Assembly (NCBI GenBank): GCA_030141605.1 | Contig: JAQGDQ010000169.1 | Span: 372,001-436,000, forward strand | Source of the DNA: Tubiluchus corallicola | Lineage: Eukaryota > Animalia > Priapulida | Length of the DNA: 64,000 bases | Direction of reading: 5' to 3' | In this document: positions 41,194 through 54,500 of the stretch, in pieces | How the letters are laid out: every line of letters begins with the position of its first letter | Numbering within the stretch: position 1 is the stretch's first letter | Position numbers and translations under genes: made by a program | Notes under the pieces: model-generated | What the model saw: only the letters and a program-made list of their open reading frames with translations | The model's database searches: none | Told to the model about the DNA's origin: nothing

Positions 41194-41581
41194 CCAGGGG
41201 TCAGCAAAAAGCATTGAACGTTAGTGTTCGAACATTCCAATCTAATTCGATTCGAACGACTTCTTTTTAGTCGATTCAAACCTAAAATTATAGATTCTAA
41301 TAATTCAGCACTTCACCTACCTATATTCCTTATTATAAAAATGTTTGAACCGGCAATTAATCAGTGCTATTTAGCTGTGATTTCTGTGCGCAATATTGAA
41401 AAAAAATATTAAAGTGCAAGAGTAAAATGCAAGTAATATGCATGATCCTTGAGACGCCGCTATTTTAAATGATTCAAAAATCTCGACAACTGATTTTGAA
41501 ATTAGATTTGATTCCAGCCCAAAAGTTACAAATTCGATTCGACTTAAATTCGATTTCTGGTAGAAAATGCTCACGCCCCTA
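41194..41581. mobile_element. Decayed MITE-like element
   Basis: CAGGGGTCAGCA ... TGCTCACGCCCCTA imperfect inverted ends; repeated TTCGATTCGA subterminal motifs. Confidence 0.4.
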
Positions 41582-42166
41582 ATTAACGATTAGGCAATAA
41601 TTTCCTTTGTTATTCCAAAATAATGCTAAAAAGGATAAATTTTATTTTAGCAAAATACTGGTAAATTATTGTAGTGACATGGTTCACAAATTTGTATTGC
41701 AAACTGTAAGTCAGTAATCAATTCTTTGTCTCGCCAGGCATCTCAAAATTAATGTGTTTGTTGTTTTTTTACTCAAGCAAAGACAAAGTTTGAATTTATT
41801 TTGAGACAGAGGCTAGTTAACGCTTAATGGCTTTGCACATGTACATAACTGCAACAAAATACAAACTTACATATATAGCATAGCGGTCTAAAACTGCTGT
41901 GTCTACTGTACAAAAAGCTGTACTATAGCGTAACTTATAATTATATACTGTATATGGCTGGAACTGTAGGCGCCACGGTACGTGGCAGCTAGGCAACAAT
42001 TTTATAACTACGACCTTCATAACAGCCTATATTACATTTATAGTATAATAAGTCATGCGATTTTTATACCATACATGGAGACTGAAAATGTAGTTGAAAC
42101 AATGGTTGATTGAAAGTAGCCAGTTTTCATAGGCATATTTGGTATGCAGCTCTACGAATATATATC

Positions 42167-42555
42167 CAGGGCCTATTTCAGCCTAGGCGAGGCCCGGGGA
42201 AGTGTGAGGCCCCATTGGGGGGGGGGGCTAAAGCGCCGGGAGCGTGCGCTACCGTGGTTGGCGCCCAGAAAATTTTTGAACTGCTAGAATGTTGGAGAAG
42301 CATTTTCGAAGAGAAAATATGGAGTTATACAGTTGTTAATGGAAAGAACAATTGAAAAAAAAACTGCTTTATTCTCAAGACCAGTCCTTAATACTTGTCA
42401 ATACTGGCAAACGGCGCGCGTGCGGCAAGAGAGGGAGAGAGGAGGCAGTATGTTCGCATAAGGCAAAAAAATGTTACCTTGGTGCGAGGCCCCCCTGGAG
42501 GGTGAGGCCCCGGGGAAGTATCCCCACTTCCCCACCCCCCTTGAAATAGGCCCTG
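42167..42555. mobile_element. hAT-like MITE
   Basis: Perfect 14-bp TIRs CAGGGCCTATTTCA / TGAAATAGGCCCTG; repeated GAGGCCCC subterminal motifs; TSD not preserved. Confidence 0.75.
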
Positions 42556-43554
42556 AAAATAACTTTTGTAGAAATTGTAGGCGTATTAGTAAAAAGAAAG
42601 CATTAATTACGTAAATAAAGTAGCCATACCTACATAGCCATGGTGACTTGAAAAGCGTGTATCAGTATTAAGTAATAACTTTTTTTTGGAGTAATAGCAA
42701 ATTTGGCTTGAAATAGTGAAATAACAAATAGCGAAAACAGAATTTTTTTTTGTTACTTGAATAATAATATGTAATTATAACATAATAATTGATTAAGAGC
42801 TACCAGTAATTATACATTTAATATTAGGCTACACACTATTGATGATTTTCCCATGCTTATGTTAATATTTCATGCACATAATGATCAAGATGACAAAAAC
42901 AATGAAAAAGATAAATTTTGCAGTAATGATAAAAATAATTAACATTAGTTTTTTTTTTTTAATTATCTTGATTTGTATATAAGCCTGTCAAATTAACTCA
43001 TCCTACGTTATCAAAATTGCCTTAGAGTAGTTTACGTATTGTAACAGTAAAAAAATTGTGCTTTTGAGTTACACTTATACGTTATACCTCTCGCATCCTA
43101 AAAGTAGGATGCAATCTACCTCCCACCACTACAGGTCATGGTTGCAAATCTGTTCTGGTCTGAGTTTGGGCGTTAGCTCGCGCATTTTACGTTCCTGTGT
43201 TCGACAAGTCGCGTCTGTTTCAACTCAAAGAACATTCTTGTGTGCATAAGTTTATCACTAATCAGAATAACGGCGAATTCTTCTGCTATAGTAGCTGTGT
43301 TTGCGAATTTATAACGATAATTTCTTTTATTTACCTCCTCCCATATTTTTAGAATTTCTGTGTTGTGGTGAGAACATTGTGCGTGATGGTATAACGGGAA
43401 CGAGGTTATGTTATATCGCATCCGTTTTGTGGACCTAAAGATATGCACGATTTAGTTTGGCTTTAGCTAGATCAAAGTCACAAAGAAATGAAAGTATGAT
43501 TAATAGTTATTGTGGTTAACAAGGATATTACAGTTACACACAAAACTAACTAAA

Positions 43555-44361
43555 ATGTCAGACGGCAAAGCAGTTCTGTCAGACTCTGAGGTCAATGTGT
43601 CTGATAATGTACATAATACTGTTGGTGGTGGTAATTTCAAACCAAAATATGAGTCAGATGGTGATAAAAAACATGAAAGTTTAAGTGAAAATGAAGGAGA
43701 AAATGGTGTTCAGGGGCCTCGTGTATTGCAAAAGAAACACAAACATAGGCGCCGTAGAGCTGGAAGGAACAAAAGGCGATGGAAACCATTCCATAAACTT
43801 TCATGGCCAGAAAGAATGCTGCGTCAAGATCGGGAAGCGAAAAGAGCTGAACGATTAAGGGAAGAAAAGTTTCAGGATGGTAAACCGATGGCACCATTTA
43901 ACACCACGCAGTTTGTTATAGAAGACCACAATGTTTCTGAACCAAATCTCACAGGTATTACTCACAGTCACTATCATAGGCAACGAGCAATCAGTGGTAG
44001 TTTAGATGAAGCAGAAGTATCGAATTCTACTGAAGATGTTGACAATTTTTATAGTTCCCCATCAGACGAGGAAGAGTTTCTAGAAAAAGATTTTTATGAA
44101 GAATATGAAAGTGTCCACGTGGAACGTTTGCAAAACATGTCGAAAGAAGACTTGGTAAAAGACTATTTACAAATTCAAGCTAAACTAGAGTCGGCACAGT
44201 GTGGACAAACAGTACCTGATTGGGGTAGTGATGAGATGGAAAAACGTCTAAACGATATCAATGCTTTGCGTACAGAGATCCGAAGGTTGAGAGAAGAAAA
44301 TGAGAAAATAAGGTCCGAAAACAAAAGGCTAAAGGAGTTGTGTGAACAAAATAAACATTAA
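43555..44361 (+). CDS. HEXIM: HEXIM (P-TEFb inhibitor, 7SK snRNP), single coding exon, 268 aa
   Basis: Basic region KKHKHRRRR..WKPFHKLSWPER, APFNTTQF (PYNT motif), acidic FLEKDFYEEYESVHVERLQNMSKEDLVKDYL, C-terminal coiled coil; AATAAA near 44530. Confidence 0.96.
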   Translation: MSDGKAVLSDSEVNVSDNVHNTVGGGNFKPKYESDGDKKHESLSENEGENGVQGPRVLQKKHKHRRRRAGRNKRRWKPFHKLSWPERMLRQDREAKRAERLREEKFQDGKPMAPFNTTQFVIEDHNVSEPNLTGITHSHYHRQRAISGSLDEAEVSNSTEDVDNFYSSPSDEEEFLEKDFYEEYESVHVERLQNMSKEDLVKDYLQIQAKLESAQCGQTVPDWGSDEMEKRLNDINALRTEIRRLREENEKIRSENKRLKELCEQNKH

Positions 44362-47300
44362 ACAACACAGTAGTATCACATATTTAGTACGAATGTCTTA
44401 TAATTGTATATTTCTGTGAGTAGCACTACTTTTTGTAGGTGTTTCTGCAATGATTTCACACAATGATGTATATTATAATTATAACATTATAATTAAACTG
44501 TCATAATGTGAATTCTTTGATGAAATACAAATAAATGTTCTATGTCTATGTCTATGTTGCTACGTTAAAGGCACACTAAAGAAAGTTTTCTTTTTGTTGT
44601 TGTCATAATTACAGAACCATCTTAGCATTATGCATATTACCAGCTAGGGTAGGTATTATAACCTTTGGTGTTGATATCTTACTAAACTTATTTTCTTAAA
44701 CCAAAAAACTAGCATACCTTTTGGTGTATATAATTATTATAAGAATCAATTTTTACAGTTATTGTGTATTGAATGTATGCTTATAGAGATTTTTGTGTTG
44801 CAATGTACATTGCTTAAAGTGTTATGCAGTTGCCAACATGTCAGAATCCTCATTTTACTGGTTTTGTTATCGTTATTTTTAAACTATTGCGTTCACTTGT
44901 TCTTAGTTTTTCCCCAATGGTTTAAGGGAGATTATGGTAGATAGACTGGCATTTTTATTATTTTTAATAGCCCAAGTAGTATTCGTAATTACATGTAAAA
45001 GTTTTATACTGTAGCTGCATAGAATAATAATACGCGTCTTATTATGTGGTGAAATCCAGATTTATTCTACTTCATAAAATCAAAACAACTGCTGCTGTGT
45101 TACATTTTGAAAGTGTATATAAATGACAAATTGATGGAGCCACCAGAGCTTCAAATCATGTAAGATGATTATCAAATCTTTGGTATTATTCTTAGCTGAA
45201 TCAAGACTATTTGTAGTGAAAGTCAAATTCGCATACATCAATAATTTTCCCAAAAATCACTATTATTTACATTTCAACACAAGTCAATGAACAAATCCAA
45301 TAAAAAATTGTCAAATTAAAACTAAACGTGGACTTTAACAAGAACTTTTGGGAAATGTAAATGTGAATAGAAAAAAAAATTATATGTGCAAATAAATATG
45401 AAATAACCTCAGTTGTGTAAATGTCATCTAGTGTTTCAATTTTTAACCATGCCTGATCAAAATGTCCACATTATTCAAATTTCCCTGATTTCATAGTAGT
45501 TTTCAATATTTTGTCATGGCAAAGTGCCAATGTGCAAGAACATTTTTGATGTGGACCCATCGTTTATGTTTGTCTACAAGGTGAACAGCCATTTACGTTC
45601 GGTAAATAGCCATTCAGAGCGAATATTGAACCAACAGCAGCCGCCAGACGCTCACATAAAGCACATCAACCTATACACTTGGCCATAAACTCCTGTGCTA
45701 AATCTTCTGTAAAACCGAATTTATTTATTGTTGCTTTGCTTCACACACCCATTTTATTCCTTGCATAATTAAAAGTTGGCAGGGAATTCATTTTTAGAGT
45801 ATTGACTTTTTTCAGTTGGTTTGTGCTAATGGCATTTCGCTAACAGGTTTGGGTGAAAAGTACTTCAGCTAATTTGTAGTAAAGTAATTTACCTATCGGT
45901 TATAACTTTTTAGTAATTGCAGCTTTGTAAAATGCGTGTAAAAATTTGCACGTGACAATTGTGAGTGGATCGACCCTCAGTAGGACTTTAGACATTAGAA
46001 GTTAGTAAGAAGGCCCATTTAGCCATTTTCCAATCTCCGAAATGAGCAGCCATTCATTGGTAATTTTGGTAATTGTTGACTGGCTTCCTATTTGTTTTAA
46101 ATCCATGCAATAGATGGCGGCAGTGACTTACCAGGTATCACGCGTTGAATGGCAGCTAAAATTATGGTAGCTGTAGAAAGGTCGAGTGAGCTACATAAGG
46201 TATTGGCCCGCCCCTGGAACTTCGGCTGGATTCCATCAGAGGTGGAACTGACGGAATCACAGGACATTTGATTCTAGTTTGTATAACAGCATTTATAAGG
46301 GACCAAACATCTGACATAAGAAGTTTGTTACAACTTTACATAGGAATAAACAACATGTGCAATTAAATTTAATAAAGGCAACGGCTGTCAAACAGCTTGC
46401 TTATTTCAACTAATTTATACAATGTTGTAGTCAACAAATTTCACCTGTATTTTTTCCACGTTTATGTTAATGCAGGTTTAAATTTATAAAACATGCTTCT
46501 TTTATTAACTTTATTAACAGACTAAATTTAGTGCTTGCTTTGTCAAAAGGTGAAAAAAATTATCAAAATAGGACTACCACAATAACGACAATGCTCAGTA
46601 GTGAGGTTTAGTAACTACCATGTTAAATGTGTTCATCTGCCTTGTAATGAACAGGTTTATATTATACGTGTCTATCACATCCATGACAGGCAACCTTTTA
46701 AACTGCATGGACTGGAACAAGTTTAGAATCACTCATAGAGAAAGATATGAAGGAACTGTCTTTTTAAAAAGAGTTAATTTCCGTTGTTTTTCCGACCTGT
46801 ACTAGTAAAAGATCTTTTTCCATCTTCGTAAAAAAATTTCCACAGACGCAGTCGTTATTGTGATAGTCCCGTTTAACAGAAAATGTTTCAGTTTTTGACA
46901 AACCAAACACTAAAATGAGACTATTAATAAATGAGGCTTGATATGATTTATTCAAACCTGCAATTAAGTATAAAAGTAGAGGAATAAGGATTTAGATTTT
47001 TACTAGCACCGGTGGTGACGTGATGGTGACAGTAAACTTCACTAGCACTTTTTGTTAACATAACCAGCGCTAGATGGCACCACGCACACGTGTGCTGAAT
47101 GGCCGAAAAAAGACTTCGCTAGGACTTATGGGAACGCAACATACACAAACTCACACATCAACAGAGTTACATATGGCTGCGTATGTCGCTGTGTTTGTGA
47201 GATTGATGTCTTATTTCGTGCATTTTGATTTACATTCTGGGCGCTATTCTGTAGCTACAGAAATATCTTTTACACTAAAGTATATTTAATGCGATAAACT

Positions 47301-47472
47301 GCCGTCAAACTAATGTGTTCGTTGAAAATCGACGCCATAATTCGTGGAAATCAAAACCATGGATCATCATGGATAGAATAAATATGGTTTTTATGGTACA
47401 TGTATTCAATAACATCTTTGTCGGCTAGTTCTTACTGTTGGAGTGTGTATCGCTTGTGTAGTAGGTCCCAAA

Positions 47473-48527
47473 ATGGTCAACAATGATTATAGCAAAGAAC
47501 TTGAAGAACACGTTCGTCAGCATGCTGCTATCGTGGATTACTTTGAGCCTGGTACCACTAATTTAGAAAAATGTAATTTTGTTAATTGGAAAATTAATAC
47601 TTTGTTAGGGCGTCATTTTTCAATGTCACAAGATGACTATTTTCATTTTTACAATTCTTGTGATTCTGTGATAACATCAATGCCAAATCTGAGCAACAAT
47701 GGCAAAGATATTGGGAAAACATATTCAAAAGATGACATTGATGTCATGAGTAGTTCACCTGGAAAAGAAGGATTGGAGCTAACGTACCACCATGAACTGA
47801 AGGGAGTATCTCCAAAGGCTTCAGAAGAATGTGGTGCTGAGCTCACCAGGTTACGGGAAAAGCTCGAGTCTAATTTAAAGTTACGAAAGGAATCAACGGA
47901 GTTGAGTGTTATTAAAGATGTTCACTGCAAGTGCAACAGTCAGGATTCAAGTACAAAAGGAAATGAGCAAAGCTACTTACAAAATCCATGCTCGCTAAAT
48001 GCGGCTTTAGAAAACATTCCGATTGCTTATAACCCAGTGACTAAATCTCTCGAGATTCAGGTACATTCACCGTCAACGACAAGTAGCAATAGTTCTGATG
48101 GAAAGGTATCAGAACGTGAACCTTCCCATTCTCACAAGAGTGAACTTAAATTGTGTAAGTCAAGCAGTTGCATTTTGGACAGGACTGAACGTCAAAGTGA
48201 TAGTCGAAGCAATAGTTTACAAAGAATCGGAACGAATGTATCACTGTGTCGAACAGATGCCTCTTCTAGCCTTAGCATTTCCAGTCTGAGTACCGACTAC
48301 TCATTGTCGGCTGCTTCTGCCACTGATGATGTTTTGGATGTCTGTGGAAACTTCTTTGATTATGAAGGACCATTTGAGGTCTCACTGCATCCTCGGAAAA
48401 CATATGATCATTCTCGTAGTAGTTCAATGAGTAGTGGGCGATCAGATGTCTATGCAGAAGAAATAAAAAGTTTTGGTGGTCAAGGTGTGAAACCTAAGCG
48501 ACGAGGACTTACTGGATTTCTTACGAG
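47473..48527 (+). CDS. Large first coding exon, probably the N-terminus of a TBC1D12/14-like RabGAP
   Basis: Open frame of about 351 aa, Ser-rich, ending KRRGLTGFLT(R)|GTATAT. This resembles GFADFFTR-NLF of TBC1D12 as I recall it. The TBC domain is not in the window, so coding status is firmer than identity. Confidence 0.55.
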
Positions 48528-51500
48528 GTATATTATGTGATTGTGTGTAATTGTAGACCTATTCTGTATGCATATTTGCAGATAACTCTAATTTCTTAAA
48601 GTGAGTTGAATGCAAGTTTAAGCTACTTGCATTTAGTTTAACATGATCATTTCCACAGAAGAAGTGAATGGCTTCTTTAAATTAGGGGGTATGGCACAAT
48701 CTGACGTCTGTACGACTTGTGGTGAAGATCACATCATTACTTTTGCTGAGTGTTGCCATCATTTTTAACTGGCAGCAAGTTACAGCTAGGGCATCCTAGT
48801 AACCAGTATCTCCGAAGCTTGAATGTTAGCTTGCCATTTTGTCACAAGTTTTGGCAAGCCATTCTATCAACTTGACTAGTCCTAACAAGTGCTTCCTGGA
48901 TTCCTGGTCGCGAAATGTTTTAGTTTAACTCCTTAGAATGGTTTTGTTTATTATGTTCTATGTCAGGGTGTAAAGAGAACTTCTTTTCTAATGAGCTTCA
49001 TATGGATGTAAGGATAATTAATATTTTTGTAAAAATGTTACATAGTACAAATCCAGTTTACTTAGTAACTTGGCCAAAATAGTTATAAATCCTGTGGTAC
49101 TTGTTAATATTCTTCAAAATATCATTCAATACTTATAATACTCATTTGATGGATTGACCCTAAGTTGATGTCTTAAGAAATGAGGTGCAAACCCTGAGAA
49201 CATCATCAACCAGGTCGACCAGAAGTTCTTATAAATGCATGTTCGTTTTAACGCACGCCCAATGATGGGCGTTTTTTGGCTTCCTGCCAATGGCGTATCT
49301 CACGAAGAGTCTTGAGAGCTTATTGTTAACCTATTAGGATGGCATTAAAGCGTTCAAGTAGCAAATCACATCAGGTGCAAACTCGTACGGGCACATTCAA
49401 ACTGCGTGTGAAAGGCTGTGTTTTCCTCTGCAAGACTGGTTTACTTAGACGCTTGGTATTAATAATAATAACAAAGAATGTTTGGAATGCAGATGCTTAC
49501 TGCTTAGTTTCAACGTACAACGCTACAAACATAATGTACATGTAGTTGTCCTCAGCCGTGCCCTCGTCGTAAACGTTGTAAACTGTTTAAAACTGGTAAT
49601 TTCGAGCTAGTTTACAGAGTTGCTTGAAACTTGATTCGTCATAGAAACACAGTTAAGTTTCATTTTTTAAAGCACGTCAGAGTGTAGGATCTGCTCTTTA
49701 CCGCCATGTACTATTGACCCCCAAGGCCCACCTTGCATTCATGAACATTAAGTAGGCTAAAAGGCTGTCAAAATTTGCAGTTTCCAGCTGAGCTTGACCA
49801 AGTAACATATCTATGAGACTATACGCAACGTACCATGACTAATTATTGGCGATGCCTTTTATTGTTAACTCTGAGACTCCGACCTTCTATAGTTAAGCTG
49901 CATTTAAGCGTTTTATTAGTTGAGGCTGGGAAATTAGGAGATTCAGATATATTCAGATGCATAATCTCCCATGTGTTACTTTGTGATTAGAATTTGGTTT
50001 TCCAAGTTTTTGGAGATGAAAATCTCACGCACCGTTCAATCTTCCATTCCGTCGGTAAAATCAAACTTCTAAGGTCACTTTCTCTTATTAAACGGTCGGT
50101 CATTGGATCTGCTTTGATTTTCCAGTACCACTAAATGCAACCATAAAATCTTATAAACATTTGTTTTTTGACGGCAGCTGATCCAAGTTATTACTAAATA
50201 CCCTATTTCTGCGTCATTTTATCCAAGTCTTAATTTTCCATACCTTGCTTATCGGCACATATTTTACTTACAAGTAGCAGTATATTTCGTTCTGTATATT
50301 GCGCCAATTTTAGTGTCAAGTATATAGCAGACAAGCACTCTAAATAAAGAGGCTAAGCACATTCTAACGTATTAATCATGCAAATAGCTCTGTTTATTTA
50401 AGAGTGGGGTATGTATTGTGCACAGCCTTATAGTCGGTAAATGCACTCAATTCATGTTTTAGGACTAGCGCGTTAGTAAGTCCCATCTTATTATGTTATA
50501 TTGCTCATTAGCAAACTTAGATTTTCGTTTGCGTTTTACACAATTTCTTCATAATATTAGCGGTCTGGTGTGATCTGTTCTTTTTAAATGCACTGAGTGC
50601 GTGTTTCCAGCCTCAAGTTCGAGGTAGTAAACAAACCAAAAAAACATATTATTGATTTAGGGTGTCGCTTCAACAAAATACTAAAATTTAGTAGTTTATA
50701 CCCATTTCGTTATAATTTATTGAGTACTGATTTCCAGTCTCATTATAATTGTCGATTAACTAGGATCTACTTAGTAGTTTTCATTTATTTAAAAACTTGA
50801 AATACACTACATGGATGCGAAGTGACTGGCTTCACGGCATTTTTATAATCGTCCTTACGTCTGTTGTTATGGCATTCATTAAGTTCCTACATAAATAACT
50901 TGGCGGTACATAAATATGCATGTCAGCGTTTCCAATGTTAAGAAACTATTCACGTTTTTAATTATCCTACAATGATTAATATTTAACGTGGACAATTATT
51001 ATCTATTTGTCTCCTGATGTCACCAAAAAGTGAAAAAAGTACAGAAGTAAAATAGAGTATTTGTAAGATGTGAACACACGTACATGACTGTGTATAAAAA
51101 GGGGGTAATGAAGAAATGGTGTTTGAGTCACCTTAAACTCATTTGACTTTCAAACTGAAATCCTCTATTTTACAGATTATCTAAATTTTTGACTAAACAC
51201 TTAACTAAGTTGATAGGTAGCTTTTTGAGTGCACATCTGGGACATAATTTGGATGTTTTTGCCTTGTAAGCTTCATGATGCAGGGCCATGATAAATTTAT
51301 TTTTTATGCTCAATCCCTTTGGAACCCACATTTAAATTTCTTTGGAGAAAATTGTCAAGTCTAGACTTTGATCTTCCTTTCTTTAGTGACTGCTTTCTAA
51401 AATTTGTAGAATTTTGTTACAAGAATTGTTGAAAGTAAGATAGTGTTCTTCTGAGACTTGCCATGGCCATAACCTGAAAATAAGTCACAATAGCGTTTTC

Positions 51501-54500
51501 TTCTTCAAAACGGGGATTTTGACTCCTCTTGCGAGAATTCTTTTTTCCGGTTTGGCGGAAATCTTTATAAACAAACTTTTGGTATGCTCATAGGAAACTC
51601 AGTGTATCAAACTTGTCACAAATTACAACTTAAAATTTGATTACGTTACATAGATGATATTTTGTATTTTTTTCTTCCGACTGTGATTGCCATTTATTTT
51701 TAAACTACTTGAACTTTCTCTACCTTTACCTTAATTAAGCTCACTTCTGAAGTTGAACTGATCAACAAGAACACCGTTTTAGACGTCCAGACTCACAAAC
51801 ATTATACCCATTTATTATTTTCTGTTTATCGGAAAAGTAATAATGTTGAAGCTTATCTTCACTATTTCTCTTGTACTGCAAGTAATGTTAAATTTTCTGC
51901 TGCGTTTGGTTAACTTTTGAGAGCTTCACGGATGTGCAATGAAAATGTGGTTTTTATTTTTGCAAAATAATCGTTGCATAATATTCGTTGCAAAACTAAT
52001 TTCTCTTTCGTATTATATTAAATCATGTCAATTATTTTCTTTTATCTATCGCTTGTATTGTTATTGCGTTGCTCAAATAAAGTAATCTACTCTTTGGGTA
52101 CTTTTAATTGAAGACCACGCTAGACGTATTCATTACGACGAACGTTGTAATTAGCTAAGTAGTAAACAGTGCACTTCTCCAACAATCAGTAATGTGCTAA
52201 CGTAGCAATTTTACTTTGAATCCTTTACTTACTGGTCCTCCTGCAAAAATTCCCATTGCTCGTGAATGTATGGCGATTTCCTTTTGAAGCTCTTACTCGC
52301 GCAGGACGTTTAGTGAGCCAATTAAGCCGTGCCTACTGTGTATTACATCTTGCATCATAATGATTTCATTTATTTTTTTCTTATTGAAATTATCTGTATA
52401 AGGCAATACATGTGACATTTTTAATTTTTTTTACCTACATTTCTATGTGTGGCATTTTTACCGTGCACCCCCTTTCACATCTATTATGTATTATCTATTA
52501 AATTGTGTAATGTGTCTTATACTGTACCAGTTATGCTAAAACAGTACAGTAATATTTAATGAATTTAGGACATCATGAATACATAAACAGTGCTCGTATC
52601 AATCAGGAGTGTGAAAACTTCTTTTCTAGGTAAGACCTACTACTCTGAAATAAGACTATCTCTAGTCATTCATAAATCAGATATCCGCGTACCATACATA
52701 GCATTGTGTCCATTGAAAAGCAGACAGAATTCTTATTTCAAACAAAAACAGGTTACTGAGGCTAAAGGCGCAATTCATTTAACTTGTTGGAATTCGTGTC
52801 ATGAATGTTGAATATTCGCTTGAATGCACATCTATAGTTTTGTAGGCACCAGTGTTGACCGGTTTACTGTTTAGACGGACAGATAGCTACTAGTAAGCAC
52901 TTTAATTAATTGTCTTACCTTCGCTCTTCCAGCCTTTAGTGCCTACACAAGAATCACAACACTTGAAAACCGGTAAAGTAAGTTGGTTGGCTGGCTACCC
53001 ACACATTTTTTTCTATTTCAAGAGTCCGGCTTTCATATGCCTAGACTAAGTACTGAGAAACACTCTGAACTGGGCCTTATTCCGATTTCACGAAACACCT
53101 TAAGGCGTTAACCTTAATTATGCGGAAAGTGTTTTCGTGCGATTTAGAGATAGAAAGCCAAAAAAACGTTTACTGCAATTTTGCAGCTCGCTTGTTCTAG
53201 ATTTTTTCAATTTTTATAATATAAGTATGTGTAAAGGTATATTCAATTAGATATAATTGATTTTGACCTTGTGGATGTTTGTTCTTGTAGTGAGCACCAA
53301 AACTCAGACGCTGGCAAACATTCCGATGCAACCTTTTCCAATCATTTTGTCGACTAGCGACCACTGTCTTTGCCTCTTGGATGATTACTGATTAGAAATT
53401 CGATATTTGAAAAAAATACCGAATTTACTTTGCTTGATAAATTTTCATCTAGCATACTAACTTATGCACACTTTGTACTAACAGGTAGGGATGCCTGGTA
53501 GAAGATTATCAGCTAAAGCTTTAGACGAACTCATACAGGCCTTCTAATATGAAAGGCTGTGAAGAAGGCTGTTTGTTCGAAATGCGTGCTAGACTTAGTG
53601 CAAAAATACTCTTAAGTTATTGCAAAAAATACTCTGTAAGAAACTAAATTTTTTAATAAATGTAATGCTTTTGTACTGACATTATAAGCTGAATTTCTTT
53701 AGAGCTTGTAAAGCGTGAGTCATGTAAACCGAGTTGCTAACACTCTTCGTCAATATTTTCAAGTATTTCTGTTCTCACAGTTTCTCGCTGAAGGTTTGAG
53801 GAAATTATAGTGAGTCCAGTCATGAATTGTGCTGTGATGACTAAGAAACTGCACATCGCTTTGTCTGGAATTATCTCGTTTGTGTAGTACATGTACTAGT
53901 TTCTACACATAGGCAATGAAATGCAGGTGGCTTATACGCGTTTCATTTTTCACAGCTCTCATGAGTGGCTGGTTTCTTTCATTTCTTTGGAATGAAAATG
54001 TTTGCATTTTGCCTATAGAACGTTTAATATCCCAAAATGGATTTCATTCAATGACTAAGTGAAGTACGTGTATATAATGCTCCCTTTATTTATGTATATC
54101 CGTGATGGAAATTTTTGAAAAAAATAGTTGTTGCAAGTGTATAGGTAGTGTACTATTCTTTCTTTAGTCGTTTTAAGTTCACCGAACGGTAAACCGTTTA
54201 AAATTCCGTCTTTCTTTAAATAACAATCTCCCAAATGCAATTTTGTAATGTTTGCGTTTACAGTGGGTGCTATAATAATGACTTGTTTACTCAGTCGTTG
54301 GTGAATGAAAACTTAATTTAAGCTATGCCATGTGATTTTAATCATACTTTGCTACACCACCGTCGTGGTTAGAGTGGTGTTTATCTAGCTCTGTGGTAAA
54401 TGGAATTGATTTTTGTCAGACGATTAAATCCGATTACATTAAAATTTGAATGAAAAAGTTTATGAAACGCATACACAGCCTGTGAAGTAATATTGTGCCA

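Noticed and set aside
43510-43554. ORF-track starts for HEXIM (43510) and the 47443 ORF
   Set aside because: These are non-ATG bacterial-style starts; the first in-frame ATGs are 43555 and 47473.
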